From Vitrella brassicaformis CCMP3155 (taxonomy: Eukaryota; Protista; Chromerida): a stretch of 64,000 nucleotides of DNA. Shown one piece after another: positions 1 to 12,646 of this stretch. A model generated the notes under the pieces. It was not told the DNA's origin and searched no databases. It saw only the letters and a program-made list of their open reading frames with translations. The DNA is taken from the NCBI GenBank assembly GCA_001179505.1, contig CDMY01001019.1:124001-188000 (forward strand), in the 5' to 3' direction. Positions within the stretch are counted from its first letter, which is position 1; each line of letters begins with the position of its first letter. Position numbers and translations under genes: made by a program.

Positions 1-570
1 CTGATGTGTGTCGTGTCACGGTGTCCCGTCCGCCCCCATCCCCCATGTGACTGGCACGAATGCGCGTGTGCCTGTTGATCTGTCACTGAAAGCAGCTCGC
101 TGCTTTCGAGCACACTGACTGACCAGTCGACACCCACACACAGGACAAACGAGTCGCAACGATACACGACACAACACAACAGAACAGAACACGACGCTTC
201 ACGACATGTACGTACAAACACGTCCCTCTCCCTCTCTCTGCAGGCAAGCAGGCAGTCGTGCGTGTCATGCACAGAAGACCACAGGCAATACACACGCACG
301 AAAAAATACATTGAGACACCATGCACCAAAAATACGGTGTCTGGTAACACTGCCAACACTGTCACGTACGTAAGAGCTAGAGCACATAGGTACCAGACTA
401 TGCTATGCTGGTGGGGCTGCAGGAGTGATGTGTATGTGCATGTGCATCTGTATGTCTGTGTCTGCTAGATAGATGTGCGTCTCCGCTATCATATCCACTA
501 TCGGAATGCCTTTCACAATTGGCCTTTCATCTATCTATCTTGGTGCAGTGATCTGTGTGTCTGTCTCTGT

Positions 571-719
571 GCGTTTCTGTCTGCCTGCTGTCTTGCCTTG
601 ACGTACCTCTCGTCTCAGTGTCTTGCGGCATTTTTGGCGCGATGTACGAGGGGATTTTTTCAAGGACGCACGGCGTTTCTGTCTGCCTGCTGTCTTGCCT
701 TGACGTACCTCTCGTCTCA
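571..719. repeat. 47-bp direct repeat (571-617 and 673-719)
   Basis: gcgtttctgtctgcctgctgtcttgccttgacgtacctctcgtctca occurs twice identically, 55 nt apart. Confidence 0.9.
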
Positions 720-1100
720 AATGTGACTGACTGATTTGCATGGCAATCAATTTGTGTTTATTCATTGGCTGGACTGCAATGAACGAGTGACTGTGGCTGC
801 CTGTGTGTGTGTCTCTCTTAGAACTGCCCTGCGCATACTGAAACTGTCTGTGTGTGTGTGTGTGTGAATGCCTGCCTGGTTCTGGATGACTTAAAGAAAG
901 ACAGACAGCTGCAGCTGCACAGCTGAACGAATGTATGTGTGATGGATTGAGTGATGCATGCGGGGATTTATTGGAAAAGAAAAGGATGGATCTGTCCATG
1001 CGGCCTCCCGGCAGACAGTGACACTCAATCTTTTCTATTCAATTATTGCCCGTCAAATCTCTGAAATTGCTCTGGGACTTTGAAACCCCCACAGGCGATT

Positions 1101-1149
1101 TACCTCGAACCCTTATGCGAGCTTATGGCGAGCATAAGGGTTCAAGGTA
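1101..1149 (-). other. 18-bp inverted repeat/hairpin downstream of the methyltransferase stop
   Basis: tacctcgaacccttatgc (1101-1118) and gcataagggttcaaggta (1132-1149) with a 13-nt loop; the single mismatch becomes a U-G wobble on the minus strand. Confidence 0.8.
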
Positions 1150-1315
1150 CGAGCGCCTTTATATACAACGACCGACGGCGGGCAGAGACTTGACAACACA
1201 AAGAGGGCACTTGTGGCCGATTCGGTCACTTGCAGGTCCAGCACGCACACACCGCCCACACACACCCACGGAAGAAATGCACACACACAACCAGCCAACC
1301 AGCCAACCGTCCCTC

Positions 1316-2220
1316 TCATGTCTTGACGAGCTTGACGAGTAGGAAGTCGACGAAAGCCGAGTACCAACATGACACTGAGGCCGCAGACACACACACGAGC
1401 AGGGCTTCTTGTTGCTGTTGTACCTTCATTCACTCACTGCCTCCGGTCGTGTGGTGTCGTGTGGCTGTCTGTCACCTTTACTGACGCTCTGCACTGTCCA
1501 AAGGCCCTCGTCGCGCATCTTGGCTTCGAACCTCCCCAGCTCAAAGGGCTCACCCAGATAATAAACGTACTTGCTGAACAGCTAGACACACGCAGATAGA
1601 CAGACAACACCGCACACACAATCCATCCATCCAGCTTTGTGTGTATCGCCCACATCGCCCACGTGTCTACCCCTCTGACGCCTCTGGCGACTCTCGGGAG
1701 CAGTCGGTCGGTGTAGGCGGCATTGCACACGATCAGCGGCGCCTCCCTCTTGATCCACGGTGCCCTTCCCAGGGCCTCGAAGATGTCACCGGGCAGTAGC
1801 ACGATGGTCGTCACTATCAGCACCGCATCGAAAGACGTCCCTTCGGGCGGTGACCAACTGAGAATGTCCCCCTGGACCGCCCGAATGTTGTCAGCAAGAC
1901 CGGCAGCGGCACAGCGCTCTCGCAGCCTCTCAAGCGCAGCCTGCAGCGGAGAAACACACACGCAACAGACAGACAAGTCATTCATTGATCGGTGTCTGGT
2001 GCGTCGCCTGCTTTGCATGTTGGCTGACTTGGTCCAGATCCAGGCACCAGAGTGAGAGGTCCTTTTGTCTGATGTCGTCAGCCAGCTGCACCAGTGCGTA
2101 TCCCTCCCCGGAGCCGACATCGAGCACCCTGGCGCCTTGTGGGAGCTCCGCCAGCACTCGGCGATAGAGGCTGGTGGTCTCCGGGCCAGCTATGAACAAG
2201 TTGTACACCAATCCTGCCAT
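1316..2220 (-). CDS. Class I SAM-dependent methyltransferase (about 4 exons)
   Basis: Spliced MAGLVYNLF...ARVLDVGSGEGYALV...LWCLDLDQ|ALERLRER...VQGDILSW...FDAVLI...|LFSKYVYYLGEPF...|VSCWYSAFVDFLLVKLVKT*; motif I (LDVGSGEG), acidic end of beta2, GD motif; GT-AG introns keep frame. Confidence 0.85.
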
Positions 2221-2315
2221 GATAGGAACAGCAAAGTCCTCTCAGTGAACCGCCGCTTCTTCGGGCTTGCCCTCCCAGCTCGCAGTCTCAGGCTGCGGTG
2301 CGCAATCTGGGTGAA

Positions 2316-3003
2316 ATGGAGCCCCACGTGAGCACGACTGGTGGCATTTATCCCAAGTAGTTCATCCAATGCATGGCACACACAATCAATGGCATTCTGT
2401 TGCCTGCCTGTCCTGTCTGTCCCACATGATTGATGCCTGCAGGAATGTGCGTGTGTGGAGCGATGCACACTGGAAGGTAACGCAATGCATTGGTAGTACA
2501 CACACTACTCCACACATCGCCGGTTGGCATGTCTGACTGCCTGTCTGTCTGTCTGTCTGTGTGTCTGTCCTGGGGTGAAGTTGTTCGCTGAGAGGCATCT
2601 CGATATGCCGGACTACGGGCCCACCCTGGCTAAGAACCTCAAAGGCGCCCAGATACATCTGCTCAGACAGCAGGTACTGTACGACACAAATAAACAAAGA
2701 AAGGAATGCAGCGCCCCCAATGCATTCATTCTTCATCGTGGACTGCACTGCCTCTGTGGCCTCACCTCAATCATACAATTAATGTGTACACGGCAGGACT
2801 TGAGCAAGATGGGCATCGAGCAGTTCGACCACCAGAAGGTCATCATGCACGAGATTCGGCTTGTTGTGAGCGGCGAGCATCCCGCGCAGCAGCACCCACT
2901 CGGCGGTGGACAAGTCCCGTACGAGCACCATCACGACGACGATCAGCAGGAGGTGTGGCAGGAAGAAGACGACGAACAGCCAGACGCCATCGAGGAAGGA
3001 TAG
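2316..3003 (+). CDS. Small sterile-alpha-motif (SAM) domain protein with acidic tail (4 exons)
   Basis: Spliced MEPHVSTTGGIYPKNVRVWSDAHWKLFAERHLDMPDYGPTLAKNLKGAQIHLLRQQDLSKMGIEQFDHQKVIMHEIRLVV...EEG*; fits the SAM pattern W...Y...N..G..L.L...DL..MGI...H..I. Confidence 0.7.
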
Positions 3004-3025
3004 GGAGAGGATGATACAATTTGTC

Positions 3026-4079
3026 CTAGTCTTCTTCATCGATGTCTCCTGCTGCTGTCCTGGTGCTGTATTTGCTCCTGCTGCCGCCACTGCTGGCCAC
3101 CGATCGTGGCCTGCTGCTACTGCTACTGCTGGTGGTCGTTGTGGTGCCGGGTTTGATGCCCAGGGGGATGATGGTGACTTGATGAAACTCATCCTGAAAC
3201 ACAGAGAGAGAGAGAGAGAGGCAAGAGGTACCGAACATTACGATACGTCAACGTGTGCATCTTGATGGGTCGAGCCCCTCCCTCACTCGGTGGTAGAGGT
3301 TTATCATTTGGAAAGTCTTCTTGACGACGTCCTTCTCCCTCTCGCGCACCAAGGCCTGCTTGCAACACACACACACGCACACCCACGCCAAGACGGGCAA
3401 TCAAGGTTATGCAATGGTGTGCGGTGCTGTGCTCTGCTGTCGCGAATTGTGTTGACTGACCTTGGCCTGCTGTTTGAAGCTTCGCGAGTGGATGAGTGCC
3501 AGTGTGGTATAGGCGTCAAAGAAGGGCTGAGGGTTGTAGGCCAGCCTCAGGGACGGGTCCACCACCTCATCCAGCCACCTGAGCAGCCATGTATCAGGCA
3601 CTATGACGGGCGACATGAACGGCAATCACGTACCTTCTCTTCAGCTCACGCAGTGCCCTGCACTCAAAGGCCACCCCCACGGCAAGCACGTCGGCCTCGC
3701 GGATGTGCGACGCCTGCCAGACAGACATGGGAAGGTCTGCCACTCACCCGTCGTGTGTGTGCCTCGCCGGCCTCTCGCCTGACCTTTTCGACTGTGACTG
3801 ATCGGACGGAGCAACTCGACGGCTGCACCTGCGACGCACAGGCCTGCAGCCTGGCGAGCTCCGCCTTGGGCACTGCAGCGCGCCACGCACACAGAGGCAG
3901 GGTAGGTGTAGGCTATGCGTGCGCGCCGCACCAATCGGTCAATCCAACAAACCATCATATCATGGGGCACGCAAGCGGCGAGTGTGTGCAGTGCAGTGCA
4001 CGGTAGGTACCATTTGTGAGGCAAACGATTCGAAGGTCCTCCTGTGCCACACGTTGAAACAACCTGCACACACTCACAG

Positions 4080-4116
<37 letters not shown>

Positions 4117-4549
4117 ACTGTAGAAGGCTATAATTTTCGTAGCTCCGCTCCGCTGCCCACCATTCGTCCGGGATGGCTCGCGAGAGGTCCCACAGGCCTT
4201 GTGTGTCCGCAGGGGCGAGGGGCACGTATGCCCGAGGGATCGCCTTTGGCTTGGCGTGTTTGACCTCGCCCTTGGTCTTGCCGCCCCTGAAGATGAGTTG
4301 GTTGGGCACCGCCAGCACATCGATGCCGCTGCGGGGGTCAAAGGGGTCTATCTTGTGACGCGCAAGGCCGATGACGCGTTTGACAAGCGCAAGCTGAATC
4401 GGACGACGCACCAGCTTCGACGGCATGATCACACTGCAGGCTGGAGTGCCATCCTGGCAGGCACCGGAAGGGAGCCGACCTGCACACAAAAACCGGACCA
4501 ACCGTCGCAGACAGACAGACAGACACAGGTGAATGAGTGAATGACATGA

Positions 4550-4580
<31 letters not shown>

Positions 4581-4743
4581 TGTCGTCTTGCTGGCTGACT
4601 GCGACGCTCCTCAGGCAGGCTGCCTGCTTCCCCAGGGGGGCATCATCGCAGGCACAGACGTCGCCGCAGATCTTGGGCTTTGCTCGGGATGGCTGCACAT
4701 TCTTTGCTTCCAACATTGTCGCGAGCCCAACGCAGCCCATCAT
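3026..4743 (-). CDS. Hypothetical multi-exon protein, no recognised family
   Basis: Frame-compatible GT-AG exons: MMGCVGLATML..., VRFLCAGRLP...ENYSLL, LFQRVAQEDLRIVCLTN|VPKAELARLQ...|ASHIREADVLAVGVAF...|WLDEVVDPSLRLAYNPQPFFDAY...|ALVREREKDVVKK...|DEFHQVTIIPLGIKP...DEED*. Confidence 0.55.
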
Positions 4744-5021
4744 GAGAATCAATCAATCTTCGTGATTCGCTCTCCCAGTGCGAGCTAGACTTCTTTTCCT
4801 TCGCTGCTCGCGTTTGTCTCCCTCGGGAGTGTCGTCTTGAGCGTCGCTCAGGCGTCGTCGGGCAGAAATGCGTAGCTGGAATGTGCGTCGCCGTCGGGTC
4901 GACTGACTGCTCACTGGCTGACTGACGCGAGCGTGGTGAAGGACGGTACGGTACTTACGCCATTGCGGTCCGCACGTTGACCTGAAGTGCCACCCACCTA
5001 CCCACCCAATCGAGTCGGCCG

Positions 5022-6469
5022 ATGAAGCAGCGGAGTCGCGAGCGTCCTCCAGACGAGGACAGCGTCTACCCGGGTGTGGCGTCCAACACTGCTGCCAACC
5101 TCAGCCAGGTCCACAACCACAAGTCTGGTGGCACTCAGCCGTCGTCTTCAGAGACCGGCACCTCCACGGACTCCTCGACGGCCAACAAGGACGGCCGTGA
5201 CTGCGAGAGCGACGAGCCGTGTGACCGGGACGGCGTCCTCGTGGCGCCCCTGCCCATCCCCCCTCCCTCCCCCTCCCCGTCCCCCAACAGTGGACCCTCA
5301 CAGCACAGCGGATCCCTGTCAGTGATGCAACAACCCCACCACCCGTGGCCGTCATCCCTGCTCATGCATCCCGGGGAGTCGGTCAAGTCGTCCAGGCCGC
5401 CGCCGTCCAACGCCTCCACGGGCAGCAGCAGCGACGGCCTCTCCACCTCAACAGCGTGTTGCCAGGATCACCCGCGGCACAGCAGGGAGCGCGACGAGCC
5501 CAAGAAGCGAGGAGGTGCCATCATTTTTGCCAAACCTGGGGCCACCGACAGACGTCAAGGTGCTGCCGCTGTGACGTCCGACCATAGCAGGGGCGGTGGC
5601 GGGGGGGAGAGCGATCAGCAGGGTGGTGGGAGTGGTGTGCAGGATGGTGAGGGGGGGTCGATGTGTGGCGTTCGCATTTTGTTGGTGACGAATAAGAAGA
5701 AGGACCTGTGGATTCTGCCCAGTGGGACTTTCGAAGACAGGGACGTCACCATGGAAAACTGTGCAGGTGGGTGAGGTGGGCAGGGAGGGAGGGAGCGAGG
5801 GAGACGGCTGGTCTGGGTTCACTGCACTGCATTCATTCGGTGCACCTATTCGCTACATTCACTGTCTGTGTGTGGCTATGCGTGTGCGCGCGTGTTGGTG
5901 GTCAGTTCGTGAGATATACGAGGAGGCGGGTGTTCGGTGTTGCGTCCTGGCCGACCTGGGCGAGTACACGGCGTCCGACAATGTTCGTCCGCACCACCAG
6001 TCCACACTAACACGACTACCTCGCACATTTGGTCAAGGGGTCCACGTGTGCGCGTTTGTGTCTGTGTGTCAGCGGAGCGTGACGACCTATTTTTTGGTTC
6101 GGTGTGAGGAGGAATTGGCCGAATGGCCGGAAATGGACCAGAGGTACGTCAGCTAGCCAGCTCGTTTGGCTGCCAGCCAGCCAGCCAGCCAGAATGGCTG
6201 GCATGGGCGTACAATCCATCCATCCATCCATCCATCCATCATTTATCCATGGGTATGTCTGTCTGTCGATCTGCAGGGACCGGATGTGGGTGGAGGTGTC
6301 CGAGGCATGTGAGCACCTCAAACGCGACGTCGACCTCAGGGTCAGCAGAGAGAAGAGGGGGCGAGAGAGAAGAGGGGCAGCGGGGGACAGAGGGGCAGGG
6401 AGGAGTATGAGACCCAATGCGCCAGACTGATCTCAGATGGGCGTCACTTTCTGTCTGTCTTTCCGTGTG

Positions 6470-6500
<31 letters not shown>

Positions 6501-6703
6501 AACAGGCATTTGAGCATGCGCGCAAGATCTACCAGTCCCTGCCGCTGCGGTCAGTAGGCACATCACGGTGTTTGGACATATCGCAAGACTGCATTGTCTG
6601 TCTGTCTGTCTGTGCTTCTGCACACAGGAGCGACGTGCCGTGCCACCCTGGGCCCCCTTGCAGCCCGGCGCAGCGCAAGACCACCACATGCCCGTCTTCA
6701 TAG
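5022..6703 (+). CDS. Nudix hydrolase, DIPP/NUDT3-like (inositol pyrophosphatase type), with long disordered N-terminus
   Basis: VRILLVTNKKKDLWILPSGTFEDRDVTMENCA|VREIYEEAGV Nudix box, followed by EWPEMDQR|DRMWV; last exons predicted. Confidence 0.85.
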
Positions 6704-9011
6704 CCATAGCCACGCCCATGCAGACGGACACATCCATCCATCCATCAACCGTTCCTTGGCTGGCTGGCTGCCTGTCTGTCTGTCTGTGGATACGTATCTG
6801 TGTTTGGATGGATGGATGGAGTGAGTGAGTGAGTTGCCGTCTGCTTTTCGCTTTTCTCTCTGAAGCCTGCATGTGCCGCCTCGCCTCGCCTCGCCTCGCC
6901 GACACACATGACATCACATGACATGATGATGATGATGATACGATAAGGGGCGCGCGTACATCCGTGGATTGCATCGATGCTCATGGCTACACACCTGCAG
7001 CATAGCATACACACACATGACATGCCTGAATGCATCCCTTCTTCTAGGCTTTGCTCCCTTACTGATGGATGCCTGCTTTCAGCGGGCGGGCCTGTGTGTG
7101 TCTGCCTGCCTCTCTCCCGGTTGCCTCACCCTCTCTCTCCCTCTGCCTTACCGTCTCTCTCCCTCTCTCCCTCTCTCCCTCTCTCTGTGTGGGTGTGTTG
7201 TGGGTGCCAGTGTCGTGTTGTGCAAGCAGTGGGTGAGCGAGTTAGCCAGCCAGCCAGCCGACACAAGGAGGGTTTTTGGTTGTCCATCCTCCCCCTTTGC
7301 CCCTTTTCCCCTTTCCCCCTCCCTCCCTCCCTCCCTCCCTCTCTCCCTCGTTCAGTCGGAATCTTTTTCCTCGTGCAGCCCGACCCTTGCTATGCGTTTG
7401 CTACCACATGCTCACTTTGAGATTGTTGCCGGTCAGCCAAGCCAAGCCACCCTCTTCTGCATGAGTCGTGTGCGTGAGTGAGCGTGATGTGAGCTTGTCG
7501 TGTCTGTGGGTGGGTGTCCTGCCGTCTTTTGTTTGTTCTTTCCTTCTGTTTCTGTGCTGGTCGGTTTGTAGCACACCCACACCTGCCCACCCACGCACGC
7601 ATCCATCCCCATCTCGCCCGCCCTAGCTTGTTTTAAGGCACACCACCAGCACGCACACAGGCAGACAGACAGACAGACAGACAGATGACGGGAGAGTTCA
7701 TGTTCAGTTCACTCCTGTGGGCATGGCATGCCTTGTGCCCCCCCTTTCACTCACTGCCTCTCCACCTTTCTTTTTTGTCTCTTTCTGCTTTCTGTGTGGT
7801 GCTTGTGCGAGCCTCCCTCCCTCCCACTCAACGCCCGTCAAGCCCGCTCACCGGTTGGCCCAGAGGCGTCCATCCATTCCTGCATACCACGGGTGTGTGT
7901 GTGTGGATGGATGCCTTCATGGAGAGATAGTACAGTCTACTATCAGTCAGGCCGGCCAGATGGTGTGCCTCGGATGGGCTGGGCTGGCGGGCCAACACAG
8001 ACAGGGAGGGAGGGAGGGAGGGACGAGTGGCAGAGAGAGGCCTTTAAATGCTTTCAAGGAAGGAAAAGGTGGGGGGCTGGAGGGATGCGGACGGACTCGC
8101 CTGTGAGTGAGGTTTGCGCTGCAGAATGACACGCATATCGTTCACAGCGGGCGGGCGATGCTGGCGGAGTACATTGAGGGGGGAGGGAGGGAGGGAGGGA
8201 GGGAGGTCAGGGAGTGACGGGAACAAGGGACGGAGCGCCGCTGACAACGCACACCACTCACTCGACGCGTGTGATTGATTTCATCAATGGGTGGAGGGCG
8301 TGTGCGTGGGATGGGTGGTGAGAGAGTGAGTCAGTGATCGTGTGTCGCCGGGTCGCTAAGGTGGGTGGATGGATGGATGTATGTGTGGTGGAGTGGTCGT
8401 CTTCCTGCCTTTCTGCCTCCCTCTCGTCTGTTCACGCTATGTGGCGTTTAAAGCAGGGGTGCATGTTGGGTGTGTGGGGCGGGGTGCGGGGTGGGTGCAT
8501 GGGCGGATGCTTTGGTGTGTCAGTTACCTTCCACCCACCACCCACCCACCCATCCCCCTTTCTGCCTATTGTTTCCTCTCCTTACTCTACGTGGTTGGCG
8601 GTCGGTATACGTGTGTGAGCATGTGTGTGTGTGTGCGTGTGTGTGCGTGTGTGCTGCTTGTTGGTTGGCTGGTTGGTTGTTTGGCTAAGCGGGGCTGACA
8701 GACATGAATGACGTCATGCCATGACATGATGTGATATGAGTGTGTGTGTGTGTGCGTGTGTGTGAGAGAGTGTGAGTGAGTGGGCAAGATGACTGACTGA
8801 CAGACGACAGATCGACGAGCAAAGAGACATTCCCGCGAAGGAGGAAGAGATGAATGAATGAAGGATTTGTCCATAACCAATCCACGGGAAGCAGACAGAC
8901 AGACAGACACGTACGCCAAGTCGCAAGGCCTCGAAAGAAAGGCCCCACTCACTACTCACAGCCCAAGCCAACACGACCTGACCCAATCGCGTCCGTCCCA
9001 TAAGGCATCAG

Positions 9012-11998
9012 TCAGGCCTCTTTCTGGCCCAGCCCTACCGCCTCCCTCTCTGCTGGCTCGGTGTCCGTGTCTGTTGGTGCGTTGAGGAGACTTGACATGA
9101 TCTCCTGCGAGAGGGTGGGGTCCGCCCTGTTGCCCGACTGCTTCATCAGCTGACCCACAAAGAAACCCTCAAGCCGACTCTTCCCACCTCTGCACCGCAC
9201 CCAACCACACACCATCCATCGCACACACAACTCGGTCCACTGCCTTCGTGGCGTGTGTGTGCATGGCTGACTGACCGGTATTGCTGCAGCTGAGTGGGGT
9301 TGTTGTTGATGATGTCGACGGCCATCTGTGTGATGGTGTGCGGGTCGTTGATGGACTGCATGCCCCTCTCGTCCACCAGGGCCCTCACCGAGCCATCGTC
9401 CCACTCAGACAGCAACACGGGCAGCAAATCCTTGGCTATCTGCTCACGCACACGCAGTCGGTGTGATGTGGTTGATTGATTGATGGATGGGTGTAGTGTG
9501 TTGTGTGTGGTGGGGGTGAGCTAACCTTGCCGTTGATGTACTTGCTGTCGATGAGCCGGAGCATCTCGGCCAAGCGGGCGGGACTGCGCAGACGAACCAT
9601 GCACACATGACGTCGCGCATCCACTCCTTGACGGGCGATGGGTTGATGGCCTGCCTGCCTGCCTGCCCTTCTGCCTCCAGTCAGTGTGTCCGTACGTGAG
9701 TTTGATGTCGGTGATGGCCATGCCCACATTCTGCTTCTCACCCAGCCACCCAAATATGTCGTTGACCACCCATCTGCACGACAGCAACACGACACAACAC
9801 CACAGAGACCTTCAGCCTTTCCCCTGTCTCTCTGGCTGAGGCTCACTCACCGTGCTGCACCGGACGGCTCCGCCCCTTCCATGAGTGTGGCTTCGAGGTA
9901 CTCGGCTACCTGCACAGAAAGGCAGGCAGACAGACAGGGAGGGAGGGTGTCCTGTGCCTGTGCGCATGTGTGTTTGTGACCTGTTTGTCGTCGGTGAGTA
10001 TCCTGGCGTCCTCTGGGTCCAGCCCCAGCTGAGAGGCGTACCGCTCCCTCTTACTCGCTGGCAGCTCCGGAAGCTCATTCCTGATAGACGCGCAGGCACG
10101 CACAAGGGGAGAGGGAGAGAGAGTGACACAAGGAGAGATAGAGAGAGAGAGAGAAGAGAAACGTGCCGTGATGAATGGATGGATGTCTTTGTTTGCTGGG
10201 TGAGTCGTCTACGTCTGTGTGTATTTGTGTGGACCTACCTCCATTGCTGTATTGTGTGCTGGTCGATGCTAAGTGGGGGTATGTCCGGTTCGGGGAAGTA
10301 CCGGTAGTCCGCTTCGCCCTCCTTGACACGCATCACCTTGGTCGACTGACATGACATGACATACAACCAATGAATGACACACATATTGTTTGTGTGGGAT
10401 TGTGTGCTGTGTGTCGTATGCGCTGTAGCCACCTGTGTCTTCTCATCCCAGGTGCGTGTCTCCTGCCTGATTCCCTCGTCGATGGACGACTGTGAGGCCT
10501 CGCCCTCCATGCTGTCATACAGCTGACACAGAGAGAGAGTGAATAAATGAATGATCAGCGACAGAGAGCACATCGATATATATCTTTCTGTTAAGCTGTC
10601 TGGCAGACCTCAGCTTGTCTGACGGTCTCGTAGTCGACGGCCTGCTGCACCGCACGGAAGGAGTTGACGTTCTTGACCTCAACCTTACCAAACAACCGAC
10701 CGACCGATCCATGCAGACAGACAGACAGACAGGAAGGAGTCAGACAGTGATCCACCTGTCTGTCTGTCTGTCTGTCTGACCTTTGTTCTCAGTTCATCAG
10801 TGCCTTTTGGTCTGATGGACACGTTGACGTCGAGGCGCAGGGAGCCGGCAGCCATGACACAGTCGGACGCACCTGCAGGCACAACCAACAGACACATACG
10901 CTCGCACACGACACGTGCTGGCTGTCAGCCGAAGCGCCCTCCTGTCTGTCCTGACCGACCGATGTATTTGAGTACTTTGGCGAGTTCCCTCCCATACTCA
11001 GCCGCCTCCTCGCCCGAACGGATGTCAGCCTGACCCACCCACCCAACCACACATACACATACACAAACACACACATAAACAACGGTCGAGCCGCAGTAGG
11101 TGAGAGAGCGAGCCGAGCGGCCTCTGTTTGTGCGAGCGCTGACCTCGGACACAATCTCGATGAGGGGCACGCCCGCCCTGTTGAAGTCGATCAGCGAATA
11201 GTCCGCACCCAACACCGTACCGTCGCCACCCTGGTCCATCGAGATGCACACAAGGCAGGCACACAACACACGTGAATGGATTCAATGCCCACTCACTCGG
11301 CTGTCTGCCCCGCTGGCTGCCCGGGTAGCTCTTTGCTCACGATGTGCAGCATCTTGGCTGAGTCCTCCTCCATGTGCAGCCGCCGGATGCCCACTCGCTT
11401 GCCAGAGGGCAGCATCAGGTAGCCGTGCTCAGCTATCGGCCTGGCTAGGCCGCCACAGGCACCCACAACACAGTCAACACAAATCGCATCGCCTCACTCA
11501 CTCACACTCCCTGACTCACTGACTCTCCCCCACCTGTCGTATTGTGTGATTTGGTAGTTCTTGGGCGTGTCGGGGTAGAAGTAGTTCTTGCGGTCGAACT
11601 TGGTCGACGGAGCTATAGCAGACAGACCACCCATCCATCCATCCATGTGCTGCATTGCATTCATGACCTATTTCACAGTTGAGTGCCAGCCCTGCCTTGC
11701 CCGCCAACTCCACCACACGCCGGTTCGGCACAGGAAGAGAACCTGTGCTCACGCCCACACCCACATGCATCGATGTCTGTATGGGCAGATGGTGGCCGAT
11801 GATCGGACCACTGGAATGAATGCCTGATGTTGGCTGACCGACCGACAGCCATTCATACCTGGCTCGCCCACGCAGACTGGGCATATGTGAACGTTTGGGT
11901 CGCTGCTGTCGATGTCGTAGTCGGTGCTGCACGAACAGAAGGCCTTGGTCGCTGTGTCGAGCTGCACGTGACACTCCACACCGACAACCGTCTCGTAC

Positions 11999-12039
<41 letters not shown>

Positions 12040-12495
12040 CAAACGATCAGGGCGCAGTGAGGCCGGTGAAGGCGGCCAGAGAGTGGACGTGGTTGGCTAC
12101 TTACTTGGATGCGACAGTATCGAGCATCGGGTTCTTCTTGCGCTCCTTCTTGTTCTTCTTGGCCATCATCCGGAGGCGCGTCCGTAGCGGACGCCGCCGG
12201 ACACCTGCACAAACACAACACAGAGAGAGGCATGCGGGCAGACACACACAAATCACCATCCATCCATCCATTGCAGTTGCTTCACACTTGATCTCAGACA
12301 TACACGATACGTACCCAGGGCAAGATCTCTCCTCTGAGGCCTCAGCAGTAAGGCTGACCGAGGGGCCACAAAAGATGCCGCCCTCCATGCCTCAGCCAGA
12401 CAGACGCCAGCTGTGAGCAACACTGAACCTCTCATCAAGACCGTCAGCCATGAGAGTCGGATGGGATCTTGCATGGATCCCTTCATCCTGAGCAT
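9012..12495 (-). CDS. gatB: Glu-tRNA(Gln)/Asp-tRNA(Asn) amidotransferase subunit B with bipartite plastid-targeting leader
   Basis: [13 protein letters not shown]...[68 protein letters not shown], Yqey-like [17 protein letters not shown]; N-terminal hydrophobic segment. Start may be 12474. Confidence 0.95.
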
Positions 12496-12530
12496 CTCCC
12501 CCCCTCTTTTTTCTCTCCCTCCCCGCGCTC

Positions 12531-12550
12531 AGCTCGCAGATCTGCGAGCT
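12531..12550. promoter_or_regulatory. Perfect 20-bp palindrome in the gatB/DUF2431 bidirectional promoter
   Basis: agctcgcagatctgcgagct is its own reverse complement and lies in the 151-nt gap between divergent ATGs; function is inferred. Confidence 0.55.
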
Positions 12551-12646
12551 TAAAGCGAAGGGAGAGTCAAAGGTCGACTGCGAACAGCTGCGGACGGCCA
12601 CAGCCCGTGCTGTGTGACGGAGATCTCGTGAGGATCGCGGCCAAAG

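Noticed and set aside
88-107. Short hairpins gaaagcagc-tc-gctgctttc (88-107) and cacaagcag-tg-ctgcttgtg (55223-55242)
   Set aside because: 9-bp stems are expected by chance in 64 kb and the loop spacing differs
571-719. Repeat-spacer-repeat resembling a mini CRISPR array
   Set aside because: Only two copies, microsatellite-like content, no cas genes, eukaryotic context
1130-1150. GGTTCAA/GGTTCGA T-loop-like sequence suggesting a tRNA
   Set aside because: No T-stem closure or cloverleaf; it is one arm of a simple inverted repeat
6990-8180. Scattered exon-like fragments (e.g. MRLLPHAHFEIVAG, NDTHIVHSGRAMLAEYIE)
   Set aside because: Could not be joined into a consistent gene with a start and stop
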